Below are positions 39,924-54,600 of a stretch of 64,000 nt of DNA, in pieces. The stretch comes from Octopus vulgaris (Eukaryota), in NCBI GenBank assembly GCA_951406725.2, contig OX597821.1, positions 75,206,001 through 75,270,000 of the forward strand. Reading direction: 5' to 3'. Positions within the stretch are counted from its first letter, which is position 1. Each line of letters begins with the position of its first letter. Both the position numbers and the translations under genes were made by a program. A model generated the notes under the pieces. The model saw only the letters and a list, made by a program, of their open reading frames with translations, made no database searches and was not told the DNA's origin.

Positions 39924-42736
39924 GTTATTATTATTTCTAACATGTAAGGCAACAGCGTAGAGGGTTCGTGTTAATTCGTGTGGATATTAATTGTATCGAG
40001 TTCGAAGATTTTGGAAATCTTCTGGTTTGTTGAATACTAAAATTATTTGAATCCCTTAAAAAATCATTGAAGTACGTAAATAAGCCCTTAAACATTTTCT
40101 TCGTGTATCCATTATCATCTTAACAGTTAACAATGTCTAACCGTAAGTTTAATAAATAATACGTTCACTTTTTCAGAATTATGCATTTTCTTCTTAGTAT
40201 TGAAACAGTTTTAACGATGCAGCTTTCGTTTCTGAAGTGCTTACCTTGTAATTCTTAACATGGAGCCTATTAGTATCTCTCTTTGTTGTTACTGTCGATT
40301 GACACCAGAAGTCAACTCTAATCCAGTAGAACTTTCCAGATAGCAAATATCCCATTTTTTAAAACCAATGTATACCTGAAAACATTTTACCCACTATGTC
40401 TGGAGTGTATTGTGAGGGAGAATTCGCTGAAAATTCTAGAAAATCGGACGACTACCTAGAAGCTCCGTCGTAGAATTGCTTTTGTTGCATTCTAGAGGTG
40501 AGTCATTGTTGTCCACTCTGCGGCTAAATACATTTCCCTTTTCTTTAAATTTAATTGTCATTTCGTGCTTTAAGTAATATAATTCTTCTTGAGTACTTTT
40601 CTACTGCTAGAAATAGATTTATGTTGCTCTCAACTAATTTATTAATTATTCTATTGATTACTTGGGAATAGTTTATGCATATATGCAGAGCGATTAATGA
40701 AACAATTTCTGGATTATGATCCCATCTCAAAATTGATTATGTATGAAAAACACATTCTCCTAGATTTTCTTTATTTAAAAGTGTTTATTTTAGTTATGCT
40801 ACAGTCATGCCACCCTTTTTCTTTCTTTCTATTTTTTGTTTTGTTTTGCATTTATTGTTGTATCAATAAGATTTCTTGATGCAGACCTTTCCTTATATTT
40901 ACATACATTTGGTGCAGGTCTTTGTCTCTCGCCTCCTTTATTATTTTCTCTTTAGTTTAGTAACGTTCAAGAGGGGAAAACTTTAACTGCATTCAACTAT
41001 TTTCGATATGTTCACATATCTAGAACGAACACAAGTAGTGAAATCCTTATCACTTTGTGCTAAGTTAAAGAGCAGGGTTTCTTGAAATTACCGGTCACTG
41101 TTAAAAAATCCTCGACTGATCATCTGCTAGTCACTTAAATTGCCTTGTTATTTCTGCGAGCAGAAATGACAATGAAAACTCTTGATACACTATCAACCAT
41201 CATTAAAGTTATATTTCACTATAAACCATCATTAAAAGATTAACTAATACGGTGATTCCACCAACGTCTGTATTATAGAAATAAATATGGAATTAAAGTT
41301 TGTTTTTTATTGTTTGTACAACAGTCAATGTTTATTTTTGTGCGGTTGATGCCTAATATTTAAGTGAACAATTATTAATAACAACAGAATAAAAACTCTA
41401 ATTACAGCATAAGTTTATTCGCACATGGGCGCTGAACAAAAAGGAAATTTCAACTTGGAGGAAAGCAAATATAGAATACAGTCAAAGTTGCGCAATCTTC
41501 TTGTATGAAATTTAATAGTTCAGCTAAAAGGCGCATTGAATATTTTACAGGCAATAAGTCGTTATACACAATTGAACATGGCACAAGCCTCTAGAAGTTG
41601 TAGACTAGCTTCTCTAAGTCGTAATTTCAATTGTAAAATAGCCATGCACATTTTCAATTTAATTGGATATAATTTACGCCTCTATCGGACCACATGGTCT
41701 GTCTATCGGTTGACAGCTCCACCCGCCATACTTAATGAAACGCCGCTCGTTAAACATGCTTTCAGACCCCACTCTTGTATTTTACGCTGCAATGCATCGA
41801 TCTTGTACGGTTCGCGTTTATTGAAAAGTTTACTGGAGCGAAAATCTAAATGGTCCTGTAAATCTTCCATGTCGTGTGCCCTTTCGTGATTTTATATACA
41901 TACATATAAACACACACACATATATATATATTAATATGTATACATACACGCGAATTCACACACGCACACATATACACACACACATATACATATATATGTA
42001 TATATAACATTGAGTGTATGTACGAATATGTATGCGGGGATATTTTGTGTCTGTATCAGTATAGATGTGTGTGTGTGTGTGTGTGTGTATGTGTTGTTGC
42101 CACTAAAGAAAAGGGAATGAAAAGATGCATGCTTCATACATTTGACAATAAAAGTAAGATGTATGTGCTATAAGTCAATAACAATAGACGTGTCTCCATA
42201 CACAGCAAGTTAACAGTTTCATTCTAGACGCCAGACAGATGGAGCAAATGTGGCATTCAATGGGAATAGCTTTACAATATTTGCCTACAATAGCTTTGTT
42301 AGCTCACAAATTTAAGAATTGGATACAGCCATATTTGTATCATTACAACAATTATTTATACAATTAATTAATTAGCAGATTATTTTCTTTTATAGTATCG
42401 TTATTTTAGAATCGCAATCATTTTAAAAAGCAAATACAATTGAGAAATAATTATCGTTATAGTTAAACGCTTAAATCTTAAAAATCTTTATGTGGTCACG
42501 TGACTGGTAGAAACAGTAGTCAAATCTTTCCCTGAATCACTCGCTAGTATCTTCGACAAGTACAAATTCGGGAATGCTTCTTATATCCCTAAAAGAGTGA
42601 TATGGTCACGGATAGAATATATAGAAAAATAATTATGCTCGTTCAGGGAAAAGCTGATGTCCTAAATAAAAACAAAAAAACAATCACAGCATTAGCAGCA
42701 GCAGCAGTAGTAGTAGCAGCAGCAGCAGAAGAAGTG

Positions 42737-42776
<40 letters not shown>

Positions 42777-42930
42777 CAGTAGTAGCCGCAGTAGCAACAA
42801 CAGTAGCAGCAGCATCTACAACAATAGCAACAGCTACAAGCGTATAGATGAAAAACTGATCGCAGTGAAACGAAATCCAAATTAATTACTGCCGCTATCA
42901 TTATCATCAGAAACAACAACAACAACAACA

Positions 42931-43483
42931 AATGCCCTGAAGCAGTATCAGGCCGTAGTTCTCATAGCTTCTGATTTTAACTGATTGGAAGTGTTATCAT
43001 GTACATTGTTTTGTCTTGGTATAAAAGATGGACTACAGCAAATATTCTGCTCAATACCACATATTTGCTTGTCAGTTATTTGACCTTAACGAGTTGACCA
43101 TGTCCCTTAGTGGCTGACGATATGTGCATCTCTGATCACGAGTAGAAGTAGTGGAAAAACATCATAGCCATGTGTTGAGAAGAATTCTCTGGGATTTGAA
43201 TAATTATGCTCTAGAAACATGGGTGTTTTGTTTATCATCCTTAAAACAAATCTTATTCAGGGACCTTTCGAGCGGGATGGGCTACTCGACCTGAAGAAAC
43301 TTCTGACTTGGCCCCGACCTGCAAGGTCATGCACTGCTTTATCTTGGTATGAGATCACCATGTTGTGCATATATGGTTGTGATGCATGTGCCTGGTGTAC
43401 CTTTATCAGACGGGTAGTCATGATGGGTATACTGAGCTTCGTACCCTAGTGTCTCATTGATGGCATGCGCTGCTGTCTCACTC
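42931..43483 (+). mobile_element. Family D full copy in an (AAC)n tract
   Basis: aatgccctgaagcagtatcagg ... ctgtctcactc followed by aataacaaca. Confidence 0.8.
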
Positions 43484-43492
43484 AATAACAAC

Positions 43493-43708
43493 AGGACGTG
43501 ACAGAGCAAAATGCGGTATCAACGTAAACACGAAGGCATCATCGAAAATGATAAGGCAAAGATCATATGGGAGTCTATGATTCAGTGCGACCATGAGATA
43601 GAGAATAGGAATCCAGACATAGTGTTGAGAAAGAAAGCAAACTATGCTGGTTCATAGATATAGCATGCCCAGCTGACAGCAAGGTTTGCGATAGGGAAGA
43701 AACAAGGC
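43493..43708 (+). mobile_element. R4/Dong-like family 1 RLE fragment
   Basis: IIENDKAKIIW..MIQCDHEIENRNPDIV...IDIACPAD; aligns to about 24900-25115. Confidence 0.8.
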
Positions 43709-45141
43709 TTCAGAACGACAACTGGTATTTAAATGCTGTACTTTCACCTTTTCATTAAAATTCCGCCAAAATCGATCTAGATTTCTAATGATATCAAGGG
43801 TAGAAACTGTGGCAAAGAGCAATATTCTTTGCTTGCTACAATCCAAAATGTATTTTTATTTCCAATTGTTGCCCTCACTAAATTCTTATTACAATGGTTT
43901 CTGCCAATAAATTCACCTCAAAGTAGAGATCATTCTACCTGTTTGGTCTGAAATGATGCTAAACTGTTTAAACCCTATTATCAGTGGTTAATGCCACATG
44001 TAGATTGTCTTGGCATTTGAAAATGAACTTACATTGTCTTAGCATTTGAAAATGAATTTCACACTCTTAAGAATAGGCACTTCTTTGAGTTTATGCCGCA
44101 TAGAACGGTAAGGACACAGCGCAAAATAGATTTTGGCCAACTTCTTACCGTCCTTGTATTGCATTGGAACATCGTTATCGTATAAATCCTCTCATCCTGG
44201 CCGTTTTCTTCAAAGGATTTTGTCACGTATGAGCCATAATGTGAGTGAAGATACTGAACTGAAATAGAAGTAGGCAACAACGTACGCGGCCAGCTGACTT
44301 GCTAGAAATAGTAGCTAATTCTCCCATAACGCCATAACGCCTTAATTCTTTTAAAAGAAAAAGGGGTGCAGATAATATAGTCCTAAAAGTCTTAAAAGAT
44401 GCAATTGTCATTGCAGGAATACCTTTGACGATAGATCTATACAGTTAGGGATGAGTTAAAGCCAAGCACCACCACCACCACAACTACAACAGCAAGAGCA
44501 ACAGTAACGATATCATCATCCCGTAGAATATTTGCTATTCAACGAAATCTAAGGGAATCTAAAGAAAACTGTAAACCTATGGGAGTTGTTGAATTTAGAG
44601 GAACAACAAGTAAAGCTATTTAACATTAAATGATTGCTACTTGGAGTGAATATGACAGCAAGCAAAAGACTCCGAAGTCTGTGCTGCTTAATCTTGCAAA
44701 TCAATATATATGTTTTAAGAAATCTGAAAATAAGAACAGAAAAGAAAATAGAAAATTGATTTGTTTAAATTTAATGTCAAATGTGTTTCCTTTCGTTTCG
44801 TTCAGTATATATATTATATTTCCTTCGAATCGTCTTCTTTTTCCTTTTATGAAGATTTCTTGCTGGTGAAATATGTTCGTTCTGAATTTTTCTGTTTATC
44901 TCTTGTGCGTCAAGTAAGTGTTTCACTGACAAGAGATGTTTGCATAAAATAGGCGAAGCAGAAGGAGAAATGAAGGAGGGGGAAAATCACATTCTACTTT
45001 TCAATATTTATGCGTAATTATAAGTGATAGTCCTAATCGAATTGAAAAATTCAATTTATTTCCATGTTAATAATATATAAACATACAAGATGCATACATA
45101 TACGCACATATAAATATATATATATATATGTATATGTATAA

Positions 45142-45196
<55 letters not shown>

Positions 45197-45313
45197 TTAT
45201 ACATATACATATATATATATAAACATTCATTACTCACACATATACATAAGAGACACACACATAAACATATATAGATACACATTATATATATATATATGTG
45301 TGTATATGTGTGT

Positions 45314-45370
<57 letters not shown>

Positions 45371-45579
45371 CATTATATACATATGAGTATATATTATGTA
45401 TATACATGAATGCAAACCCTAAACACACACATGTGCACATATTTAAACAGTAAAAAAACACAAAAAAACCCCCAAAGAAACCAAAAACAAAGCGAAAGAA
45501 TTAATACAAGTTGAAAGTTTTCCCATGTCGTGTTTGTTGCAAGTCTTGTTATTGCAGATTTCGTGATATTGAGGAGGTA

Positions 45580-46250
45580 ACTATGATGATGATGATGATG
45601 ATGATAATGATGATGGTGGTAGTGGTGGGGGTGGGGGTGGCATTGTTGTAATAGTGGTGATGATGATGATGTTGATGACGATGGTGGTGGTGGTTTTGGT
45701 GTTTGTGTTGATGGTGGTAGTGGTGGTGGTGGTGGTGGTAGTGGTGGTGGCGGTGATGGTGGTAATGCTGGTGGTTGCATTGTTGTAATAGTGGTGATGA
45801 TGGTAGTGATGAAGATGACGATGATGAGAGGTAAAATGATAATGTTGCCACCGTTGCTGCTGTTGTTGCTGCTGTTGTTGCTGCTGTTGCTGCTGCTGCT
45901 GCTGATGATGATGATGAGGAGGAGGAGGAGAAGTGTGTGGTGGCGTCGGTAACGGGATGTAATAGATAATATGGCGATAATGAAAGGAATAAGATTGAGG
46001 CTACTCAGAGGTTGATGAATGCACTGATGATTGTTGATCTCGTTGTAAATGTTGCTTTATCGAGATTTATTAAATCCACACCCTTGTTGTTGTTGCTGTT
46101 GTTGTTGCCGATGCTGACAACGCCGACGAATAATAAAACTAGAAGACAACATTAGGAGTAACTGTCATTGCTACTGATATTGTTGTAATTATTGTTGTTG
46201 TTGGTCGCACTGGTGGTGGTGGGGGTAGTGGTGGTGATAGTTGGTGCAAT
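45580..46250. repeat. Compound GAT/GGT/GCT/GTT triplet low-complexity region
   Basis: Mixed trinucleotide runs; source of the poly-P/H ORFs. Confidence 0.9.
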
Positions 46251-46572
46251 GTTTTAGCTAACCCAGTAGTGATAGCAATGGCGAATTATCTCTGATCTTG
46301 TTCGACTTTTCTCATTAAGTATGTGTTGTTTTTTTTTTCTTCTGTAATGTCTATTTTTTTTTCCTCCAGATATGTTCATCTCCTCCTTCATTTCCTTTAC
46401 CTTGACAACCCGATTATTGATCGAATTTCCACAGGGACTTTCTTGCATTTCATATTTTATTCCAGTGATCATTTTGTTGAGAAGTAAACGTAATGTTATC
46501 TTCACATCACCATCCGATGTGTATGTTTTCAGTTAAAATGTAACGCCACTCATCTACAGTTTAACATACAGG

Positions 46573-46620
<48 letters not shown>

Positions 46621-47024
46621 CTTTTGTATATTTTACAGTTTTTATATATGTGGATACATACATGTATATACATATATATGTGTATATATATACAGATAGA
46701 CATATAAATATTATACATATGTATATATATATATATAAATATATATAGATAGATACATACATATACATACAAATACACACACATACATATATATACATAC
46801 ATATACATATATTTATGTATATACATACATACGTGCATATATATACATATATATATATTCATACATATATATGTATATATGTATATATATATATATATGC
46901 ATATATGTATATATATATATATATATACTTATGTATATATACATACATTTATATATACATATATATGGTATATAATATATATATTTGATATATATATATA
47001 TAATATATGACATATAATATATAC

Positions 47025-47066
<42 letters not shown>

Positions 47067-47506
47067 TATATGTGTGTGTGTGCACCTGTCTACAAGCATC
47101 AGAATCTTACACTTAGGATGGGTTCTGTATCATGAATAAGTGGACAAGAGAAAAAAAAGGGAAAGATTCCTTGCGTGGGAAAGACGACAATGTATTGCTT
47201 GATACTGACTGAATGAAATATAGATATGTGAAATGTAAAACTAAATTTATTGTACATGACCGTTTTTGCTACTTGCGGTGTACTTTAGACCTAATAATGA
47301 GATTTTCTTCAATTTGTACATGAAATGAAAATGCTTAACAATGAAATCAAAATCATTTTCATGCATTTAAGTAGAATTTAAAGGAAATTATTAATTACTC
47401 GTTTCTTGAAGTAAATATCAATGTAAAATATCCAGCACCATTTTATGGGAGATAATTTTTGGATATTTTACAGTTTTTATATATTTGTATATTGTATATA
47501 TATTAT

Positions 47507-47547
<41 letters not shown>

Positions 47548-47641
47548 ATATATATTTTATATATTGGTATATATATTTTATATATTGGTATTTTGTATAT
47601 TGGATATATTTGTATATTGTATATATATATATATATATATA

Positions 47642-48054
47642 TACTCTTTTACTCTTTTACTTGTTTCAGTCATTTGACTGTGGCCATGCTGGAGCACCGC
47701 CTTTAGTCGAGCAAATCGACCCCAGGACTTATTCTTTGTAAGCCTAGTAATTATTCTATCGATCTCTTTTGCCGAACCGCTAAGTTACGGGGACGTGAAC
47801 ACACCAGCATCGGTTGTCAAGCGATGTTGGGGTAACAAACACAGACACACAAACATATATACACACACATACATATTTATATACATATATACGACGGCTT
47901 CTTTCAGTTTCCGTCTACCAAATCCACTCACAAGGCTTTGGTTCGCTCAAGGCTAGAGTAGAGGACACTTGCCCAAGGTGCCACGCAGTGGGACTGAACC
48001 TGGAACCATGTGGTTCGTAAGCAAGCTACTTACCACAGAGTCACTTCTACGCCT
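47642..48054 (-). mobile_element. SINE family A, full length
   Basis: tactcttttactcttttacttgtttcagtc ... gcaagctacttaccacagagtcacttctacgcc. Confidence 0.9.
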
Positions 48055-49719
48055 ATAACATGAGAAGCAACTCACAAAGTAACTTTTTCATAAAATGATT
48101 TAGCGACGCTGTGTATCATGGAGTTGGATGAGCAAAAAATAACAAGTTGAGTGTCGGCACTAGTTCACCTCAATGATTAACAGTGTCGATGTTGGATAGC
48201 TAAAATGTACGATCGATTTTGGTGAAATTCTGTATAAAAATCAGAGTTGGAAAGACTAGCGTACAGACAAAAAAAAAAAAAAGGCCAGTATTTATGCTGT
48301 TATTCTGGAGATTCAAACGTTGCAAAATTTTATCCACAACAAACATTTATTAGTGGTGCACCGCAGTGCACTGCTGTATCAAGAAATGTAACTTGATGGA
48401 TTGTGAAAATATATGTGTTTAAAAGAAAAACGTAAAGTATGTATATATACAATCAAATGACTGAGACAAGTAAAAGAGTAAAAAGAGTACTTCAGAAACA
48501 TAGCAACAGATCAAGAAAAAATATTCATCAATAAAGCAATATATACGACAGCTGGAAAGGAAATACTATCTACCTTTTCTTTAATTGCCACATGACCTCC
48601 AAGAGGGGAAATATGGAAAGTAACGTCAAACAGGCTATTTAAAAAAAAGTGTGGATGGAACCTGAGGAAACGTTCAAAGTGGAGAAAAGAGATGAACGAC
48701 ATTGTACAACATATATTTGCAGAAATTATGTATTTAAAAAACACAAAATCTGACACAGAAATAAATAAAAAGCAATATATAACAGATTACACAAAAGAGG
48801 GAATGTGTAATATCTAAATCTACTTTTATGTTGACCAGAGTATTCCACTTCCTTGATAACGCCTGTACTGTGATTCCTAATAATAAAGTCCATGTTTGGA
48901 GATTGCGAAATCTTGTGTGAGTTGTTTCTTATGTTATAATGGCGAAATGAAGGTCAAAATTTTGGGCCGTTGTAAGATTGTAAAAAAAAAAGGACGTCGC
49001 TGCGCAGGCGTCGGGAGAAGATGCATTCCAAAAGACATGGCCATCCCGTTTTTATTTTTAGTGATATGAAACCTACTAGGCTGTTTTTCTAAGATAGTAT
49101 TTTCCCACTATGTTGTTTTTTCTAAGATAGTATTTTGTGCTGAAAAGGAGTTAGTTGTTATTTCTAGCATGACTAGTGGACGACATAGACATTTTCCTTT
49201 GAACCCGTCAACTAAATGTAAAACGGCAATCTATGCAGTATTACATTTAATTGACGACGTCATTTTGATATTAATGTTTAAGGACGGGATCGGAAACTCG
49301 TCCGCCTTCTCTCAACGAATTGATTCAGTTCACAAAAGTTGCTTTTCTGACTCGGGATATGTGTCTTATGCTTTCAGTTGGAGCAGGAGATGAGGAATAT
49401 TGATACCAGGCTTTCTCAGGGACAATAAAGAGATTACTGAAACAAAGTGCTTTGCTGAAGTCAAAATGCAAACTGGGTCACGTTGTTGAATGCTCAAATC
49501 TTTATCTCTCGTTCTGCATCAGGAATTCCCAAACATTTATTAATCACACTTTAGAGTTAATGAAAACATTATGGCCTTCTTCGTGCATAAAAAATAAAAA
49601 ATGAATTAAAAACGGTTATTGTACAATTTAACCAACGCAAGTGTACTTTAGCTTCACACCAAAAATTTTCCTTTCCGTTTGATACTAAAGCCACCAGATC
49701 TCTTACAAAAATAAAACTG

Positions 49720-49940
49720 GCTTCGTCGTTCATGATGAGGAGTGTTCCAGTTGATCCGATCAAGGGAACAACTTGCTTGTGAAATTAACTTGGTTGGTTC
49801 TTTGAAATGTTGGTACAACTCATTTTTTGCAAGCTGAATGGACTGGAGCAACGTGTAGTGAAGTGTGTTCAAGGACACAACGCACTGCAGTGAATCGTAC
49901 TCACAATATTATGATTATGAGCCAAATAGCCTAACCACGA
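49720..49940 (-). mobile_element. Decayed CORE-like SINE
   Basis: gctgaatggactggagcaacgtg...aaggacacaacgc is the reverse complement of the CORE-like part of the SINE at 39500; tail shared with 14500-14722. Confidence 0.6.
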
Positions 49941-51525
49941 AAGCTAAACGCTTTATTTCCTGTTGCTCCGGGACATTCAGCTGCAGAAATGAGTTGCGAC
50001 ATCACTGGTGCCAAGCTGTATCGACCTCTTTGCCTTTCCCTTGGATTACATCTGCGGCGTGGAGAGGTGAAGCTGGTATGCAAGGACGAATGTTGGTCTT
50101 CCATAAAGAACCTTGCACGGACTTGTGCCTCGGAGGGGAACTTTCTAGGTGCAATCCCATGGTCATTTATGACCGAAGGGGCTCTTTATACTTTACCAAA
50201 TTACTTTTTTAATCAAGAATTGACTCACAGCAAGATTTTACAGAAGGATTTTCTGTCTGTTCATTTCAATCTTTTAAACACTATTTAATTACTTTTCGGG
50301 TGGACATAGCTATACCTTGCGGCACATCATTGCACCGTAGCATACTAACTGGGTATCGTTGTTCAACGGCGATCATCTATCATCTAACTAGAATTAATGT
50401 TCACGCATTTAAACATAGTGTGTTTACTGGATTGTAGGGAACGTTGTTTATTATTGGTATCTACTTCAAGATGTGCGAAGAATGCAATGTGACCTTAGTA
50501 CACACTTCTATTTAATTGTCATCGACTCATCCAACAATAATTGATGAAAAAGAAAACTAAATGAGACGTTTGTCTTCCCCCAAACTTCTCTTTGTTTTAG
50601 CGTATCGAAATATAACCAACTGGATTCAGTACATCTTTCTCCAAGCAACTGATAGGAGAACTCTGTTAGTCTGCTGTCATTAAAGGTATTCTAAGTCTTG
50701 GAAAGCCTAGGCAGTGATTCAATAGCTTAAAATATGTAACATAGTGGGTAAATTTCTATCAGGATTCAAGCAGCTACAATTAAATCAAAATTTAATTTCA
50801 GCAAACTCAAAATTTAACAACAACAACAACATGGCTACCTGAGAGTAGGAATATGATGTAAAAATCGATACAAAAATATTTTGTGGATTGTATTTTGTTT
50901 GAGAAAGCTATTCTTAATTGTTCAAGAGGCCAATGCAGGGAGTAGATAAACGAGCAGAATATTAATTAAGAAATATGAACAATATAAAACCCAGTGGTTT
51001 AGAATCAACAGTTGCTATGAGGAAAATATTGTGGAAGTTGACAACTTAATCAGGTCATTTAAAACATTAATTCCTCTTTTAGCTATAAGTAGAGCAGAAA
51101 TGCGACATTAAAATGCGCAGTGAAGAGGAAAAAAAAGGCTAGCTTAGAAAGTTTCTATTCATCCATGCTTCAGTAAATCGCTTATTGAGTCCATATTTTC
51201 ATTCTTTTAAATTTGTATAAGTCTGAAGAAAGAAAATCACTCGTATATTAGTTTTAAACAATTACTTCTCATTCATAATTATAGTTAAAACAAAACTACT
51301 CTCTCAGAAACATCCTTGTCACTTGATATCAGTAACATTCATTAAGATTTATTCGTGTTGTGCATGTGTTTCGTAGAGTAGGTAGTTAATAGAGAGGAGG
51401 GGGCTAGTAGCAGTTGGCCATTTTAGCTTCTTAAAAGTTATACTGTACTATACTATATTATATTTATCAATTAGTGCATAATACATATCCATATATTCGA
51501 ATATACATACATACATATATATATT

Positions 51526-51608
<83 letters not shown>

Positions 51609-51619
51609 ATATATAAATA

Positions 51620-51850
51620 TATATATAAATTAGAAAAAAACACCTTTTATCAATTCAAAATGAACAATTGAATTACACCTTCTAGAAAATTACATATATA
51701 CGTTTTTATTATTATTTTGCAATTTACTTAATCATCGGTATATTATTGTTATTTTTATATTTCTATTATATGTAATTTTCTAGATGGTGTAATTTAATTG
51801 TTCATTTTGACTTGATAAAAGGTGTGTTTTTTTCTAATTTTTATATATAT
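51620..51850. repeat. ~80-bp inverted repeat between (TA)n tracts
   Basis: aaattagaaaaaaacaccttttatcaattcaaaatgaacaattgaattacaccttctagaaaattacatata pairs with 51767-51850. Confidence 0.85.
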
Positions 51851-52399
51851 ATATTATATTTTGTGAAATTTGATTTAGTATTTCCCTGTAAGTTAGGAAT
51901 AATATTCCCTCAAATTATGATATATATATATATATATATTTTAAGTGTATGATTAATTTCTGGAATGTAGTTCTACAAATCTAATCATGTTTATGAAAGA
52001 TGGAGGAAATAAGATGTTAAAAAGTTGTAAGAAATGTATTCATGCATACAATTGTTTCGTACATAGATATAAATTCATATTTGAAAATTATCATAGTACT
52101 CATCAGTGCAGAGTGAAAATAATAATAGGAACTTTAAAAAAGAGCAGAGAAGTTGAATCTATGAGTTTCATATTTGTCTGTTCCTATCTGTGAGCGATAG
52201 TGATGGGAGTTATGTCAAGTATAAAATCACACACGCACACATACACACACACACACACATACACACACACCCGAGCAAGCACATGAATGTGAAAGAAGGT
52301 GGAAAAAATTGTACTCGAATACCGGAGGTAGAGTAATATGCTTTATTAATAAAACATATTTTCTCAGTTTCCCTTTGTTGTATGCCTCTTGACATATAT

Positions 52400-52810
52400 G
52401 TTTATATATATATATATAACTTAGATATGTTTCGACCAAAGATTGGTCCAGGCCATGTCTAACTTAATAGCACCACCTGATAGGTTTATCTAAATCCTGT
52501 TTAAGTCAAGTTTTGTTTATGGCCCATTCAAGTAGTGAGTTCTTGTTAACTGAGTTGTGTCCTGGTAGGGGTGGCTTATCCGGTATTCCTTGAAGAAATC
52601 TATCCAGATTCTGTTTAAAGGTGATGGGATCCTTTTCCTCTTTGATCTCTTTCGGGACAATATTAAACAGGGCAGGGCCTGTTGAGGAAAAGAAATTATG
52701 TTGCAGTGTACCTATATGATGTGATCCTGAAATGGGCAGGAGACGTATCGCCCGTGGTCCCAGCCTTGGACGAACCTTGAAACTAATGTTCAGGTCGTTT
52801 GGGCAAAGTT
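52400..52810 (-). mobile_element. CR1-like LINE 3' end
   Basis: RLGPRAIR...NFFSSTGPALFNIVPKEIK...FKQNLDRFLQGIPDKP..PG....NSLLEW stop, then a 3' stem-loop gaccaatctttggtc. Confidence 0.85.
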
Positions 52811-52893
52811 GGCGGTATATATGTATATATATACATGCATACACACACACACAGACACACTCACACACACACACACACGCAATCACACACACA

Positions 52894-52967
<74 letters not shown>

Positions 52968-54321
52968 CGCACACACACATATGAGGAGCCTTCGCTTTGA
53001 TTTCGTCGAATAGGCTCTTCGCCGGTAGCAAGCGGCGAAGAACCCTACATGTGTTGAATGGCGCTATCAAGCAAGCATGATCCTAGATGAAGAATCTCAG
53101 GAGATAAGAAGAAAATGCTAGAAAAACGGAAAACTACAAAGAACATGAAAGATCATGTCGAATATTCCGTTCTCGGTGAACTTGAGTTCAATTTTCCACC
53201 ACGCTGATAAATTTTAAATTTTGTGGTAGATTTGGCTAATTTGTGAGATCGAACCACCTCTCCAGTACCGGAATAGGCAACATATCATTTGCATGATGTT
53301 TCGAAATTTTATTTCGGTTTTTGAATAATGACTGACGGTTTGAGCGATTTATTCTACTTCTTCTCAACCAAACGTAAATTACTGCTATCAGTGACCTGTT
53401 ATTAAATGTATGTTGCGATTATTTTGGTTTGTTTTCAGAAAGGGGCGGGATATTGGAATGTTTATGCTTATTCCAACGAAAGATTTTCATTGTGCAATCG
53501 GAACCGAATTCTGTCTTCAATTCACTGTACAAATTAGTTCTTGCTCTCCGGCGCCACTGGACCCCAATTTTATGAATACATTACACTCATTTATTGACAT
53601 TTGAATTTTAATACAACGTTGTACTTGACGCTTATACAAATTAAACAGAAATTAACCAATACAGCGTTGTTCCAGCGCTGTTTAATTACTAATCATTCCG
53701 TATAATTTTGAGCATTTATTTTTAATTACAGTCATACAATGGTTATTCACTGAAAATTATATACGAATAGCAATAGTAAGAATTTACGCATATATACACA
53801 CCCGCAAACATGTTTACACATCTCGCCCATTCATTCATTTACACACATTAACCTCCATTTCATAGAATTATTCATATTTGTAGAAGCATAAATAAAACTA
53901 ATACGAATGTACTTTAAGGTGACGTAGTACAAGGAACTTAGTTGTCGTAGGAGAGACACTTAGCGGAACAATGCAAACAGTAAGACACGCACTGACCTCT
54001 GTGAGAATTTCACATGTATTAAGTATGTTTATGTGGTTTAATGAACAAGATGGAAAAAAAAACGGCCGACAATCCCTGCAGCTGCAAAGCCGTGGTGGTT
54101 CTCGCAAAGGCCGACAGGATGGTTAATATCATCGATCTGCCGTCTCTTTGAAAGAATAAAAAAGAATCATTAAATGAGTCACATCCAACTATACATACAT
54201 ATAAACATATATATACCTCTGTATATGTGTGGGCACACACACACACACATATACTCATACATACATATAGATATACATACATACACATATGTATATATAA
54301 GCATATATATATAATATATGT

Positions 54322-54376
<55 letters not shown>

Positions 54377-54388
54377 TGTATATATATA

Positions 54389-54600
54389 GGGAGAATTCAC
54401 AAAAGAAAAACAAAAGATGAAGACAGGTGGTGTTGACAACAAACAGATGTATTAGTATAACGCTCGGGTAGTGAAAATGTCTTTAACGTTTCGAGCCTAC
54501 GCTCTTCCACAGAAAGGAACACAGAAAGAAACAAGGAGAGAAAATAAAGAAAGTGTAGTGGCTAGCGATCTATCATGGCGAAGGCCGGACAGCAGGGTCC
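54389..54600 (-). mobile_element. Penelope-like pLTR fragment next to (TA)/(TG) tract with variant hammerhead
   Basis: Same architecture as 15090-15297; core at 54481-54516. Confidence 0.6.
54481..54516 (-). ncRNA. Minimal hammerhead-like motif, CUGUGGA core variant
   Basis: Minus strand: cttt-CTGTGGA-A-GAGC-gtag-GCTC-GAAAC-GTT-aaag, with perfect stems I and II. Confidence 0.55.

Noticed and set aside
41536-41889. 117-aa ORF in unique sequence
   Set aside because: Non-ATG start, no recognisable domain and no splice support.
44004-44058. 29-bp tandem duplication (similar small ones near 7712, 49082, 54608 and 60965)
   Set aside because: Ordinary slippage duplications.
48490-48815. Purine-rich, coding-like stretch
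   Set aside because: Interrupted by stops, with no recognisable motif.
53997-54145. Candidate 149-bp minus-strand exon (ttctttcaaag ... gag|gtcagt)
   Set aside because: All three frames contain a stop and such splice-like signals are common by chance; it would need RNA-seq.
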